DNA of 64,000 nt from Microthrixaceae bacterium. Its GTDB lineage: Bacteria > Actinomycetota > Acidimicrobiia > Acidimicrobiales > Microtrichaceae. Below, piece after piece: positions 1 through 7,428 of the stretch (its first letter is position 1; each line of letters begins with the position of its first letter). The notes under the pieces are model-generated. The model saw nothing but the letters and a program-made list of their open reading frames with translations. It had not been told where the DNA came from and searched no databases. The DNA lies in NCBI GenBank assembly GCA_049316905.1, contig JBMOJH010000004.1:631-64630 (forward strand), read 5' to 3'. The translations under genes and the position numbers were made by a program.

Positions 1-693
1 GGAGTCGATGTAGGTCGGCTCGTTGCCCACCCACGACTCCACGACCTCCGTGGCGCCGTCCTCGCCGCGCTCGGCGATCAGCGACGACACCAGCGACTGG
101 GTGTACGGATGCGTGGACGGGCGGAGACACAGACGGCCCTTCCACTCGGCGTCGCCCAGCGCGTCGTAGCCGGTGGGCACGTCCGCGTCGGCCACCCGCT
201 CGCTCGACGTGACGATCGTGCGGGCCCGCACCGACAGCCCGTGCCACGCGCCGTCCTCGTCGCGCAGACGCTCGGGTACGGCCTCCTCGAGCACCTCGGA
301 GCCGGCCGGCGCCAGCACGCCGGCCTGCTCGGCGAGCTCGAGGTTGCCGGCGTCCGCGGCGAGGTAGACGTCGGCGGTGGTGTTCCGACCCTCCACCACC
401 AGGCGCTCACGGAGCTCGGGGTCCTTGCCGGTGGTGAACTCCACGGGGATGCCGGTCGCCCGGGTGAACTCGGCGAAGACCGGCTCGATGCCGTAGTGGC
501 GGCCGAGGTAGACGGTCACGGGCTTCGACGTGTCGATCGTGGTGGAGGAGCCGGAGGAGCCGGAGGCACCGGGCGAGCCGGAGGACTCCTGCTCGACGCC
601 GCCGCCGCACGCGGCGGCCACGAGCGCCATGGCCGAGCCGGCGAGCAGGGTGGCGAGTCGGCGGGTCGGCCGGCCGGTGGACGGGTGCCTCAT
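1..693 (-). CDS. ABC-transporter substrate-binding lipoprotein, Fe(3+)/FbpA-AfuA-like; C-terminus cut by window edge
   Basis: Not in the ORF track because it runs off the window. Own translation from CAT 691-693 gives MRHPSTGRPTRRLATLLAGSAMALVAAACGGGVEQESSGSPGASGSSGSST...KPVTVYLGRHYGIEPVFAEFTRATGIPVEFTTGKDPELRERLVVEG. It has a lipobox (LVAAAC) and G/C-rich third positions. Confidence 0.65.
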   Translation of the reverse strand, partial: MRHPSTGRPTRRLATLLAGSAMALVAAACGGGVEQESSGSPGASGSSGSSTTIDTSKPVTVYLGRHYGIEPVFAEFTRATGIPVEFTTGKDPELRERLVVEGRNTTADVYLAADAGNLELAEQAGVLAPAGSEVLEEAVPERLRDEDGAWHGLSVRARTIVTSSERVADADVPTGYDALGDAEWKGRLCLRPSTHPYTQSLVSSLIAERGEDGATEVVESWVGNEPTYIDS

Positions 694-725
694 GTCAGTG
701 CTCCTCCCAGGTGGAGTTCGGTATG

Positions 726-742
726 CCTATCAAGATGATAGG
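726..742. promoter_or_regulatory. Perfect inverted repeat CCTATCA-aga-TGATAGG in the divergent promoter region
   Basis: Read directly. It lies in the only AT-richer patch (about 715-780) between the iron-type SBP gene (start 693, minus) and pepF. Its function is unknown. Confidence 0.35.
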
Positions 743-793
743 GACACCTAACTCGTTGGATCAGGCGCTGTCAAGAACAGGAACCACCGAGCC

Positions 794-869
794 GGTGTCA
801 GGGGCGGTGTCAGGGGCGGTGTCAGGGGCGGTGTCAGGGGCGGTGTCAGGGGCGGTGTCAGGGGCGGTG
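794..869. repeat. 12-bp tandem repeat GGTGTCAGGGGC, 6 perfect copies plus a partial 7th
   Basis: Read directly (794-865 perfect, then GGTG). It translates as (VSGA)6 in the 711 ORF frame and (TAPD)6 on the antisense frame. Confidence 0.95.
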
Positions 870-926
870 GCCCCGCCGATCGCCCACGCGTCGGAACCGT
901 CACGGGCGCCACCTAGCCTGCAGGAC

Positions 927-2768
927 GTGACCGACGCGACGACCGCCACCGACCCCTCCCCCGACCCCGCCGAGGCCGACCTCACCGCCGCGGACATCGC
1001 CTGGGACCTCGAGCCGCTCCTCGGCGACAGCGACGTGGACTCGCTCCTCCAACGGGCCGAGGTGCTCACCGATGAGCTCGCGATGCTCCGGGGCACGGTC
1101 GGCGAACTCGACGCCGGGGCGCTCGCGGATGCCATGCAGCTGCAGGCCGAGCTGGCCGAGGTCAGCGGCCGCGCCGGGTACTACGCCATGCTCCGCTTCT
1201 CGGAGGACACCTCCGACCCAGAACGGGGTGCGCTGGTGGCGCGGGTGAACGAGCGCGGCACCGAACTGGCGGCCCGCCTCGTCTTCTTCGACCTGGAGTG
1301 GGCCGCCGTGCCGGGCCCGCGGGCCGAGGAGCTGCTCGCGGATCCTCGCCTCGACTTCTGCGCCCACCACCTCCGGTCGATCCGCCGCTACCGCGACCAC
1401 CTCCTGAGCGAGCCCGAGGAGCGGGTGCTCACCGAGACCTCCGTCGCCGGGTCGGGCGCGTGGGTGCGGCTCTTCGACGAGCTCACCTCGGCCATCGAGG
1501 TGGACCTCCCCGAGGGCACCGGTGCGGGCGGCCGCGTGTCGCTCGAGCTGGGCCTGTCCCTGCTGCAGCACCCCGACCGCGACGTGCGGGCCACCGCGGC
1601 CGCGGCGGTCACCGAGGGGCTCGCCCCCGGCCTGCGCACGCGGGCCTACGTGTTCAACACCCTGCTGCTCGACAAGGCGGTCGACGACCGCCTCCGCGAG
1701 TACCCCACCTGGATCTCGGCGAGGAACCTCGCGAACGAGGCGTCCGACGACTCGGTGCAGGCCCTCGTGGACGCGGTGGTGGCGCGCTACGACATCCCGC
1801 AGCGGTGGTACTCGCTCAAGGCCCAGGTGCTGGGCCTCGACCGCCTGGCCGACTACGACCGGATGGCCTCGGTTGCGGAGGACGAGTCCGAGGTGGGCTG
1901 GTCCGAGGCCCGGTCGCTGGTCCTCGACGCGTATGCGAGCTTCAGCCCCGAACTGGCCGACGTGGCCCGGCGCTTCTTCGACGAGGGCTGGATCGACGCC
2001 CCCGTCCGGCCCGGCAAGCGCCCCGGAGCGTTCTGCGCGTACACGGTGCCCAGCCACCACCCGTACCTGCTCCTCAACTGGACCAGCCGCAACCGGGACG
2101 TGCTGACCCTCGCCCACGAGCTCGGCCACGGGCTGCACGCCTACCTCTCCCGCGAGCAGGGCGTGTTCCACCAGTCGACGCCGCTCACCCTGGCCGAGAC
2201 GGCCTCGGTCTTCGGCGAGACCGTCACCAACCACGCGCTCCTCGGTCGGCTCGACGATGCGGGGGCACGGTTCGCGCTGCTCGCCTCCACGCTCGAGGAC
2301 TCGATCGCCACGGTGTTCCGGCAGGTGGCGATGAACCGCTTCGAGGACTCGGTCCACACGGCTCGGCGAGAGGAGGGCGAGCTGTCCGTCGAGCGCTTCG
2401 GCGACCTGTGGACCGCGAGCCAGGAGGCGATGCTCGGCGACGCCGTCGAGGTCACCGACGGCTACCGCACGTGGTGGAGCTACATCCCGCACTTCATCGG
2501 CACGCCCGGCTACGTCTACGCCTACGCGTACGGCCAGCTGCTCGCGCTCTCGGTGTACGCCCGCTATCAGGAGCGTGGCGAGGCGTTCGTGCCGGCGTAT
2601 CTCGAGCTGCTGCGCGCCGGCGGCTCGCGGGAGCCCGAGGAGCTGGGCCGCATCGTCGACTGCGACCTCGAGGACCCGGGCTTCTGGGACGCGGGGCTCG
2701 ACATCATCGCCCGCCAGGTGGACGACGCGGTCGCCGCGGCCCGCGCCGCCGGGCGCATCCCCGGCTGA
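927..2768 (+). CDS. pepF: Oligoendopeptidase F-type M3B zinc metallopeptidase
   Basis: Track ORF 711..2768 carries the HELGHGLH (HExxH) motif and has M3 family length. The start is trimmed to the in-frame GTG at 927 (VTDATTATD...DIAWDLEPLLGD) because 711-926 holds the AT-rich promoter patch and the 12-bp repeat. The exact start is uncertain. Confidence 0.85.
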   Translation: MTDATTATDPSPDPAEADLTAADIAWDLEPLLGDSDVDSLLQRAEVLTDELAMLRGTVGELDAGALADAMQLQAELAEVSGRAGYYAMLRFSEDTSDPERGALVARVNERGTELAARLVFFDLEWAAVPGPRAEELLADPRLDFCAHHLRSIRRYRDHLLSEPEERVLTETSVAGSGAWVRLFDELTSAIEVDLPEGTGAGGRVSLELGLSLLQHPDRDVRATAAAAVTEGLAPGLRTRAYVFNTLLLDKAVDDRLREYPTWISARNLANEASDDSVQALVDAVVARYDIPQRWYSLKAQVLGLDRLADYDRMASVAEDESEVGWSEARSLVLDAYASFSPELADVARRFFDEGWIDAPVRPGKRPGAFCAYTVPSHHPYLLLNWTSRNRDVLTLAHELGHGLHAYLSREQGVFHQSTPLTLAETASVFGETVTNHALLGRLDDAGARFALLASTLEDSIATVFRQVAMNRFEDSVHTARREEGELSVERFGDLWTASQEAMLGDAVEVTDGYRTWWSYIPHFIGTPGYVYAYAYGQLLALSVYARYQERGEAFVPAYLELLRAGGSREPEELGRIVDCDLEDPGFWDAGLDIIARQVDDAVAAARAAGRIPG

Positions 2769-2830
2769 AACAGCGCCGCCGGGCGCATCCCCGGCTGAGG
2801 CAGAGCCGCCTGGCGGGGGCATCCACCGCC
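2743..2830 (+). repeat. 30-bp-period tandem duplication spanning the pepF stop codon (2 perfect 26-nt cores plus a degenerate third)
   Basis: GCGCCGCCGGGCGCATCCCCGGCTGA occurs at 2743-2768 and again at 2773-2798. A diverged copy follows at about 2803-2830. The second TGA is in frame with the first. Confidence 0.9.
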
Positions 2831-2837
2831 ACGCAGC

Positions 2838-5024
2838 GTGAGATCCGTAGTCTCGGCACCCAGCGTCCCCCGGCCGTACGGGGGCCCGACGGAGGCGAGA
2901 GGGAACCGCGACGTGCTGGGCTCCACGGCCGAACTGGCGGCCGAACTGCTGGATCAGCTCGAGGACCCCGTCTGGGTGCTCGACGCGGCGGACGGCACCG
3001 TGGTGGACCTCAACCCGTCGGCGGGTGCGCGGCTCGGCCGCCGGAGGGATGCCGTCATCGGCCGTCGCTTCGGGGACCTCCTCACGCCGCCAATGCCGCC
3101 CGAGGGCTGGCGGCTCCTGCTCGACCACCTGAGCGGCGGGCGGCGCCACCGGGTGCCGGCGCAGCTGATCCACGAACAGGGCGCCACGGTCCTCCTCGAG
3201 CTCGACCTCCGCCGCCACGTGAACCTCCGCCACGACGTGGTGCTGGCCGTGGGCCACGCCGTCGACGCGGGTGAGGTCGCCACCCCCGCACGGCTCCTGG
3301 CGTCCGCGATCCACGCGCTCGACGAGGGCGTGGCCGTGGTGGACCCGACCGGCCGCATCGCCGCGGTGAACCACGTCTTCTGCGACGTCGTCGGCCTGCC
3401 GGCCGCGCAGCTCCTCGACCGCTCGGTGTACGACCCGCCGTGGACCGCGCACGACGAGTCCGGCATGCCGGTCGAGGCCACCGACTCGCCGGCCGTGCGC
3501 ACGCTGCGCACGGGCGGGCCCGAGCGCGGACCGGTGCACAGCGTGGACCGCGGCGCCGGCGACCGGGCGTGGTTCCACATGAGCGCCCACCCGCTGCCGC
3601 ATCCCGCCGGCGCCCCGGATCGCTCCGACGGGATCCTGGTGGTGCTGTCCGACCTGACCGAGTCGCGGCGGGCCGAGGAAGTGGTCCAGCGCCTGCTCGC
3701 CACCGATCCCCTCACCGGCCTGTGGTCACGGGCCCGGATCGCGACGCTGGTGGAGGAGTCGGTCCGTGCCACCGCGGCCGCGGAGGGCGACGGCCGCCGC
3801 GTCGGGGTGCTGCACGTGGACCTCGACAACTTCCGGACGGTGAACGACACGTTCGGCTCCGTCGTCGGTGACCAGGTGCTCGCCCAGGCCGCCGAGCGGC
3901 TCCGCGACCTCGCGGACCGGCGCCTCGAGATCGGGCGGATGGGCGTCGACGAGTTCCTGGTGGTCGTCGCCGGCGACGACGCGGCGCTGGCCTTCGACGC
4001 CCGGCTCCGGCGGGTGGCCGAAGAGGTGCAACGACGGCTCGGCGCCCCCTACAGCGTGGGCGACCTCGACCTGCGCCTGACCGCCTCCGTCGGCGTGGCC
4101 CGCACACCCGGCGACGCCGCCGGCGCGGCCGACCTGCTCACCGCGGCGGACCGGGCGTTGTCGACCGGTCGGGCCGAGTCGCGTCACCGCCTGCGCTTCT
4201 ACGACGCCACGCTCGACGAGCGCACCCGCACCGGGCTCGTCCTCGACCGCGACCTGCGCCTCGCCGCCGCGCAGCGGTCACTCGACGTGCACTACCAGCC
4301 GATCATCGACCTCCGCACCGGCGAGATCGCCGCGGCCGAGGCGCTGGTGCGCTGGCACCACCCGACCCGCGGACCCGTGCCCCCGTCGCTGTTCATCCCC
4401 ACGGCCGAGGCCACCGGCTCCATCGTGGCGATCAGCGACGTGGTGCTGTCGACCGTCGCCGAGGACATCGCCCGCTGGAGCGCCGAGGGTCTGCTCCCCG
4501 ACGACGCCCGCATCGCGGTGAACATCTCCGCCACGGAGTTCGAGCAGCGCCAGTTCACCGAACGCCTCGCACGCACCCTCGACGACGCTGGCATCACCGC
4601 CGACCGCCTCGAGCTCGAGATCACCGAGAGCCTGCTCGTCCAGGACCTGCGGGCCGCCGCCGGGCGCCTCGAGGAGCTCGACGACCTCGGGTTCCTCATC
4701 GCGCTCGACGACTTCGGCACCGGCTACTCGTCGCTCAGCTACCTGCACTCGCTGCCGCTGCACACGCTGAAGATCGACCGGAAGTTCGTGGGCGACCTGC
4801 GCGACGGTCGCTCCGGCAGCATCACCCGCGCCATCCTCACGCTCGCCCACAACCTGGGCATCGTGGCCGTGGCCGAGGGGGTCGAGACCGACGACCAGCG
4901 GGACTTCCTCACCGAGGCGGGGTGCGACCTGGTGCAGGGCTTCCTGTTCGCCCCGCCGCTCCCCCGCCCGGCGTTCGAGCGGTTCCTCGCGGAGCCGCGC
5001 GGCGTGCTCAGCCTGGTCGGCTGA
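2838..5024 (+). CDS. PAS-GGDEF-EAL c-di-GMP signalling protein (GGDEF motif degenerate: GVDEF)
   Basis: The GGDEF-domain signature is LHVDLDNFRTVNDTFGSVVGDQVL...RMGVDEFLVV. The EAL-domain motifs are AAEALVRW, DDFGTGYSSLSYL, KIDRKF, EGVE and QGF. The start (GTG 2838) is uncertain. Confidence 0.85.
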   Translation: MRSVVSAPSVPRPYGGPTEARGNRDVLGSTAELAAELLDQLEDPVWVLDAADGTVVDLNPSAGARLGRRRDAVIGRRFGDLLTPPMPPEGWRLLLDHLSGGRRHRVPAQLIHEQGATVLLELDLRRHVNLRHDVVLAVGHAVDAGEVATPARLLASAIHALDEGVAVVDPTGRIAAVNHVFCDVVGLPAAQLLDRSVYDPPWTAHDESGMPVEATDSPAVRTLRTGGPERGPVHSVDRGAGDRAWFHMSAHPLPHPAGAPDRSDGILVVLSDLTESRRAEEVVQRLLATDPLTGLWSRARIATLVEESVRATAAAEGDGRRVGVLHVDLDNFRTVNDTFGSVVGDQVLAQAAERLRDLADRRLEIGRMGVDEFLVVVAGDDAALAFDARLRRVAEEVQRRLGAPYSVGDLDLRLTASVGVARTPGDAAGAADLLTAADRALSTGRAESRHRLRFYDATLDERTRTGLVLDRDLRLAAAQRSLDVHYQPIIDLRTGEIAAAEALVRWHHPTRGPVPPSLFIPTAEATGSIVAISDVVLSTVAEDIARWSAEGLLPDDARIAVNISATEFEQRQFTERLARTLDDAGITADRLELEITESLLVQDLRAAAGRLEELDDLGFLIALDDFGTGYSSLSYLHSLPLHTLKIDRKFVGDLRDGRSGSITRAILTLAHNLGIVAVAEGVETDDQRDFLTEAGCDLVQGFLFAPPLPRPAFERFLAEPRGVLSLVG

Positions 5025-6597
5025 CCGCCGGCACGCCGCCACCGGTCGCGGTTCCACCGGCCGTGCCGGACACCTCCGGTCCTGATGCCTCCGGCGGGCC
5101 CGACTCGTCCTCGGACGCCGCGTCATCGACGCCGCTGAAGCCGGCGGACGGGAGCGAGACCACGAACCGGGCACCGCCGAGCGGACCGTCCTCCACATGG
5201 ATGCGCCCACCGTGGTGCTCGACGATCCGGCGGGTGAGGGCGAGGCCGAGGCCCGTCCCACCGGAATCGCGGCTGCGGCCCTCCTGGAGCCGGGCGAACC
5301 GCTCGAACACCTGGTCGCGCTCCTCGGGGGGCACGCCGGCGCCGTCGTCGGCCACCGTCAGCAGCACCCACGGACCGCGCTCGGCCACCGACACCGCCAC
5401 GCGCCCGCGGGCGTGGCGGGCGGCGTTGTCGAGCAGGTTCCGCACCACGCTGGTGAGCTCGTCGCGGTTGCCCCACACCCGGCCGGCGGAGACCGCGGAG
5501 AGGTCGAGCTGCACGAGGTCGCGCAGCCGCGGCGCCTGGGCCATCACCAGCTCGTCGAGGTCCACGTCGGACCGCGGCCCGAACCGACCCTCCTCGAGCC
5601 GGGCCATCGCCAGCAGGTTGCCCACGAGGTGTTCGAGCCGCTCGTCCTCGGCGAGCACCACCCGGGCGACCGACGGCCAGTCCACGTCGTCGGGGTACCG
5701 CAGGGCGGTCTCGAGCTGCGTGCGGATGGAGGCGACCGGCGAGCGCAGCTCGTGCGAGGCGTCGCTCACGAACTGGCGCTCCTTCATCGACGCCTTCTCC
5801 AGACGTTCGAGCATGTCGTTCATCGTGCGGGCCAGGAGCGAGATCTCGTCGTCGTTGGGGGGCACCGGCACGCGCGCGTCGAGGTTCGTGGAGCTCAACT
5901 CCCGCACCCGCCGGGTCATGGCGGCCACGGGCGCGAGCGCCTGCCCCGCGATCAGCCACGTCACGGCACCGGCGGCCAGCGCCAGGAACGGCAGCACCAA
6001 CCACAGGGCACCGCGCAGGGCCGACACGGACCGGTCGATCTCGTTCAGCGGCGAGACCGCGTGGATCGTGAGGTCACCCCACTGGGTCGGCACGTCACGG
6101 GTGACCTCCATGGCCTGCGACGGGTCCGGCAGGGCCGGCCCCTCGCGGCCGAACAGCACCAGCCGGCCGTCGCTGTCCACCCCGCGGACCTTGAGCTGCG
6201 TGAACGCAGGACCGTCCAGGTAGAAGTACGTGGTCGAGATGACCTGCTGGAGGTCCTGGGCGCGCCCGAGCGGTCCGCTGCCCGACATCTCGTCGTCCAG
6301 CCGGTCCTGGATCTGCGACGGCGACGAGAACAGCTCGGCGGGCACCTGGCCCCGGGTGAGCGACGCGGCCATCGCGGCGGTCACCCGCTCGTTGCGCACG
6401 CGCAGGTCGTTGGTGAGGGTGGCCTCGACCCAGCGGACCAGCAGGGTGCCGCCCGCGAAGAGCGACAGGCCGACCACCAGCACCACGGTGGCCGCAAGGC
6501 GGAAGCGCACGGACCCCGCAACCCGCGTGCGCACGGGCACCCGGGGCGCCGGTGCGGGTGCGGACGCCGCCGTGCCGGACGCCGCCTCGTCAGCCAT
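5008..6597 (-). CDS. Sensor histidine kinase (2 TM, HAMP, HisKA, HATPase_c)
   Basis: This is the C-terminal 529 aa of track ORF 5008..6813. The real start is MADEAASG (CAT 6595-6597), which overlaps the regulator stop. H-box is SHELRSP and G-box is GTGLGLAL. Confidence 0.85.
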   Translation of the reverse strand: MADEAASGTAASAPAPAPRVPVRTRVAGSVRFRLAATVVLVVGLSLFAGGTLLVRWVEATLTNDLRVRNERVTAAMAASLTRGQVPAELFSSPSQIQDRLDDEMSGSGPLGRAQDLQQVISTTYFYLDGPAFTQLKVRGVDSDGRLVLFGREGPALPDPSQAMEVTRDVPTQWGDLTIHAVSPLNEIDRSVSALRGALWLVLPFLALAAGAVTWLIAGQALAPVAAMTRRVRELSSTNLDARVPVPPNDDEISLLARTMNDMLERLEKASMKERQFVSDASHELRSPVASIRTQLETALRYPDDVDWPSVARVVLAEDERLEHLVGNLLAMARLEEGRFGPRSDVDLDELVMAQAPRLRDLVQLDLSAVSAGRVWGNRDELTSVVRNLLDNAARHARGRVAVSVAERGPWVLLTVADDGAGVPPEERDQVFERFARLQEGRSRDSGGTGLGLALTRRIVEHHGGRIHVEDGPLGGARFVVSLPSAGFSGVDDAASEDESGPPEASGPEVSGTAGGTATGGGVPAVSRPG

Positions 6598-7288
6598 CGT
6601 CACCGGCCCGGATGCGGTAGCCGACGCCGCGGACCGTCTCGATGTCGTTCCGGCCGAACGGGCGGTCGATCTTGCGCCGCAGGTACCCGATGTAGACCTC
6701 GACCACGTTGGGGTCGCCCTCGAAGTCGTCGCCCCAGACCTTCTCGAGCAGGTCCTGCTTGCCGACCACCTGGCCGGGCTTGCGCATGAGCGCCTCGAGC
6801 AGCTCGTACTCACGCGTGGTGAGCGCGATGTCCGTGGCGCCGCGGCGGCAGGTCCGCGCCAGCGGGTCGAGCGAGAGGTCGCCGATCACGATGGGCTGGG
6901 CCCGGCCGTCGGCGGAGCGACGCAGCAGCGCGCGCAGCCGGGCGACGAGCACCACGTAGGAGAACGGCTTGGAGAGGAAGTCGTCCGCGCCGGTGTCCAG
7001 CGCCTCGGCCTCGTCGTACTCGCCCTGCTTGGCGGTGAGCATCAGGATCGGGGTGCCCACGCCCTCCTCCCGCAGCGCCCTGCAGATCCGGTAGCCGTTC
7101 ATGCCGGGGAGCATGATGTCGAGCACGATCGCGTCGATCGTCTCGTCGCGGGCCTTCTCGAGGCCGGTGAGCCCGTCGTGGGCCACCTCCACCGCGAACC
7201 CCTCCGCGGTGAGGCCCCGGGCCACGCCATCGGCGAGGGCCACCTCGTCCTCCACCAGCAGGATCCGCGCCTCGGGCTCGTCGCTCAC
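6590..7288 (-). CDS. OmpR/PhoB-family response regulator
   Basis: Track ORF 6590..7525 trimmed to GTG 7288 (VSDEPEARILLVEDE), with GGAG about 9 nt upstream. It has a receiver domain plus a winged helix (VEVYIGYLRRKI...VRGVGYRI). It overlaps the kinase start by 8 nt. Confidence 0.9.
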   Translation of the reverse strand: MSDEPEARILLVEDEVALADGVARGLTAEGFAVEVAHDGLTGLEKARDETIDAIVLDIMLPGMNGYRICRALREEGVGTPILMLTAKQGEYDEAEALDTGADDFLSKPFSYVVLVARLRALLRRSADGRAQPIVIGDLSLDPLARTCRRGATDIALTTREYELLEALMRKPGQVVGKQDLLEKVWGDDFEGDPNVVEVYIGYLRRKIDRPFGRNDIETVRGVGYRIRAGDDG

Positions 7289-7305
7289 TTGGGTCGCTCC
7301 GTTCT

Positions 7306-7325
7306 GTGGTCCGGCTCGTGGTCCG
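7306..7325 (-). promoter_or_regulatory. Direct repeat GTGGTCCG x2 with 12-bp period just upstream of the response-regulator start
   Basis: Read directly (7306-7313 and 7318-7325; CGGACCAC on the coding strand). The spacing resembles OmpR-type direct-repeat sites. The function is speculative. Confidence 0.2.
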
Positions 7326-7428
7326 CCGACCCGGCGGTACTCGGACAGTTTCTCAGGTTCGGGACCGCGACCGGCGACGCATCCGCCGCGGCCGACACGG
7401 CGCTCAGGTTCCGCGCCCCTCCGGGCGC

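Noticed and set aside
724-742. Calling the promoter palindrome a bona fide IdeR/DtxR iron box.
   Set aside because: It matches the 19-bp consensus at only 12 of 19 positions by hand count. I kept it as a low-confidence operator candidate, not as an iron box.
794-869. The 12-bp x6 array considered as a CRISPR-like or minisatellite locus.
   Set aside because: There are no spacers: the copies are directly abutting and identical. The unit is far too short and there are no cas genes. It is a simple tandem repeat.
2766-2798. Possible selenocysteine recoding or programmed readthrough at the duplicated pepF TGA, because a small GCGCC-gccg-GGCGC hairpin follows the first TGA.
   Set aside because: The hairpin is short and lacks SECIS-like features. 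The downstream 10 codons merely repeat the C-terminus as part of a tandem duplication. No sel genes are in the window.
900-3602. 900-aa ORF antisense to pepF and the GGDEF-EAL gene. Similar giants lie at 18461..21367, 36093..38621, 57601..59793, 8000..10249 and 48864..50522.
   Set aside because: These have Arg/Gly/Ala/Pro-dominated low-complexity translations and no motifs. Each lies exactly opposite a gene with clear family signatures. They are the classic shadow ORFs produced by stop-codon-poor antisense frames in high-GC DNA.
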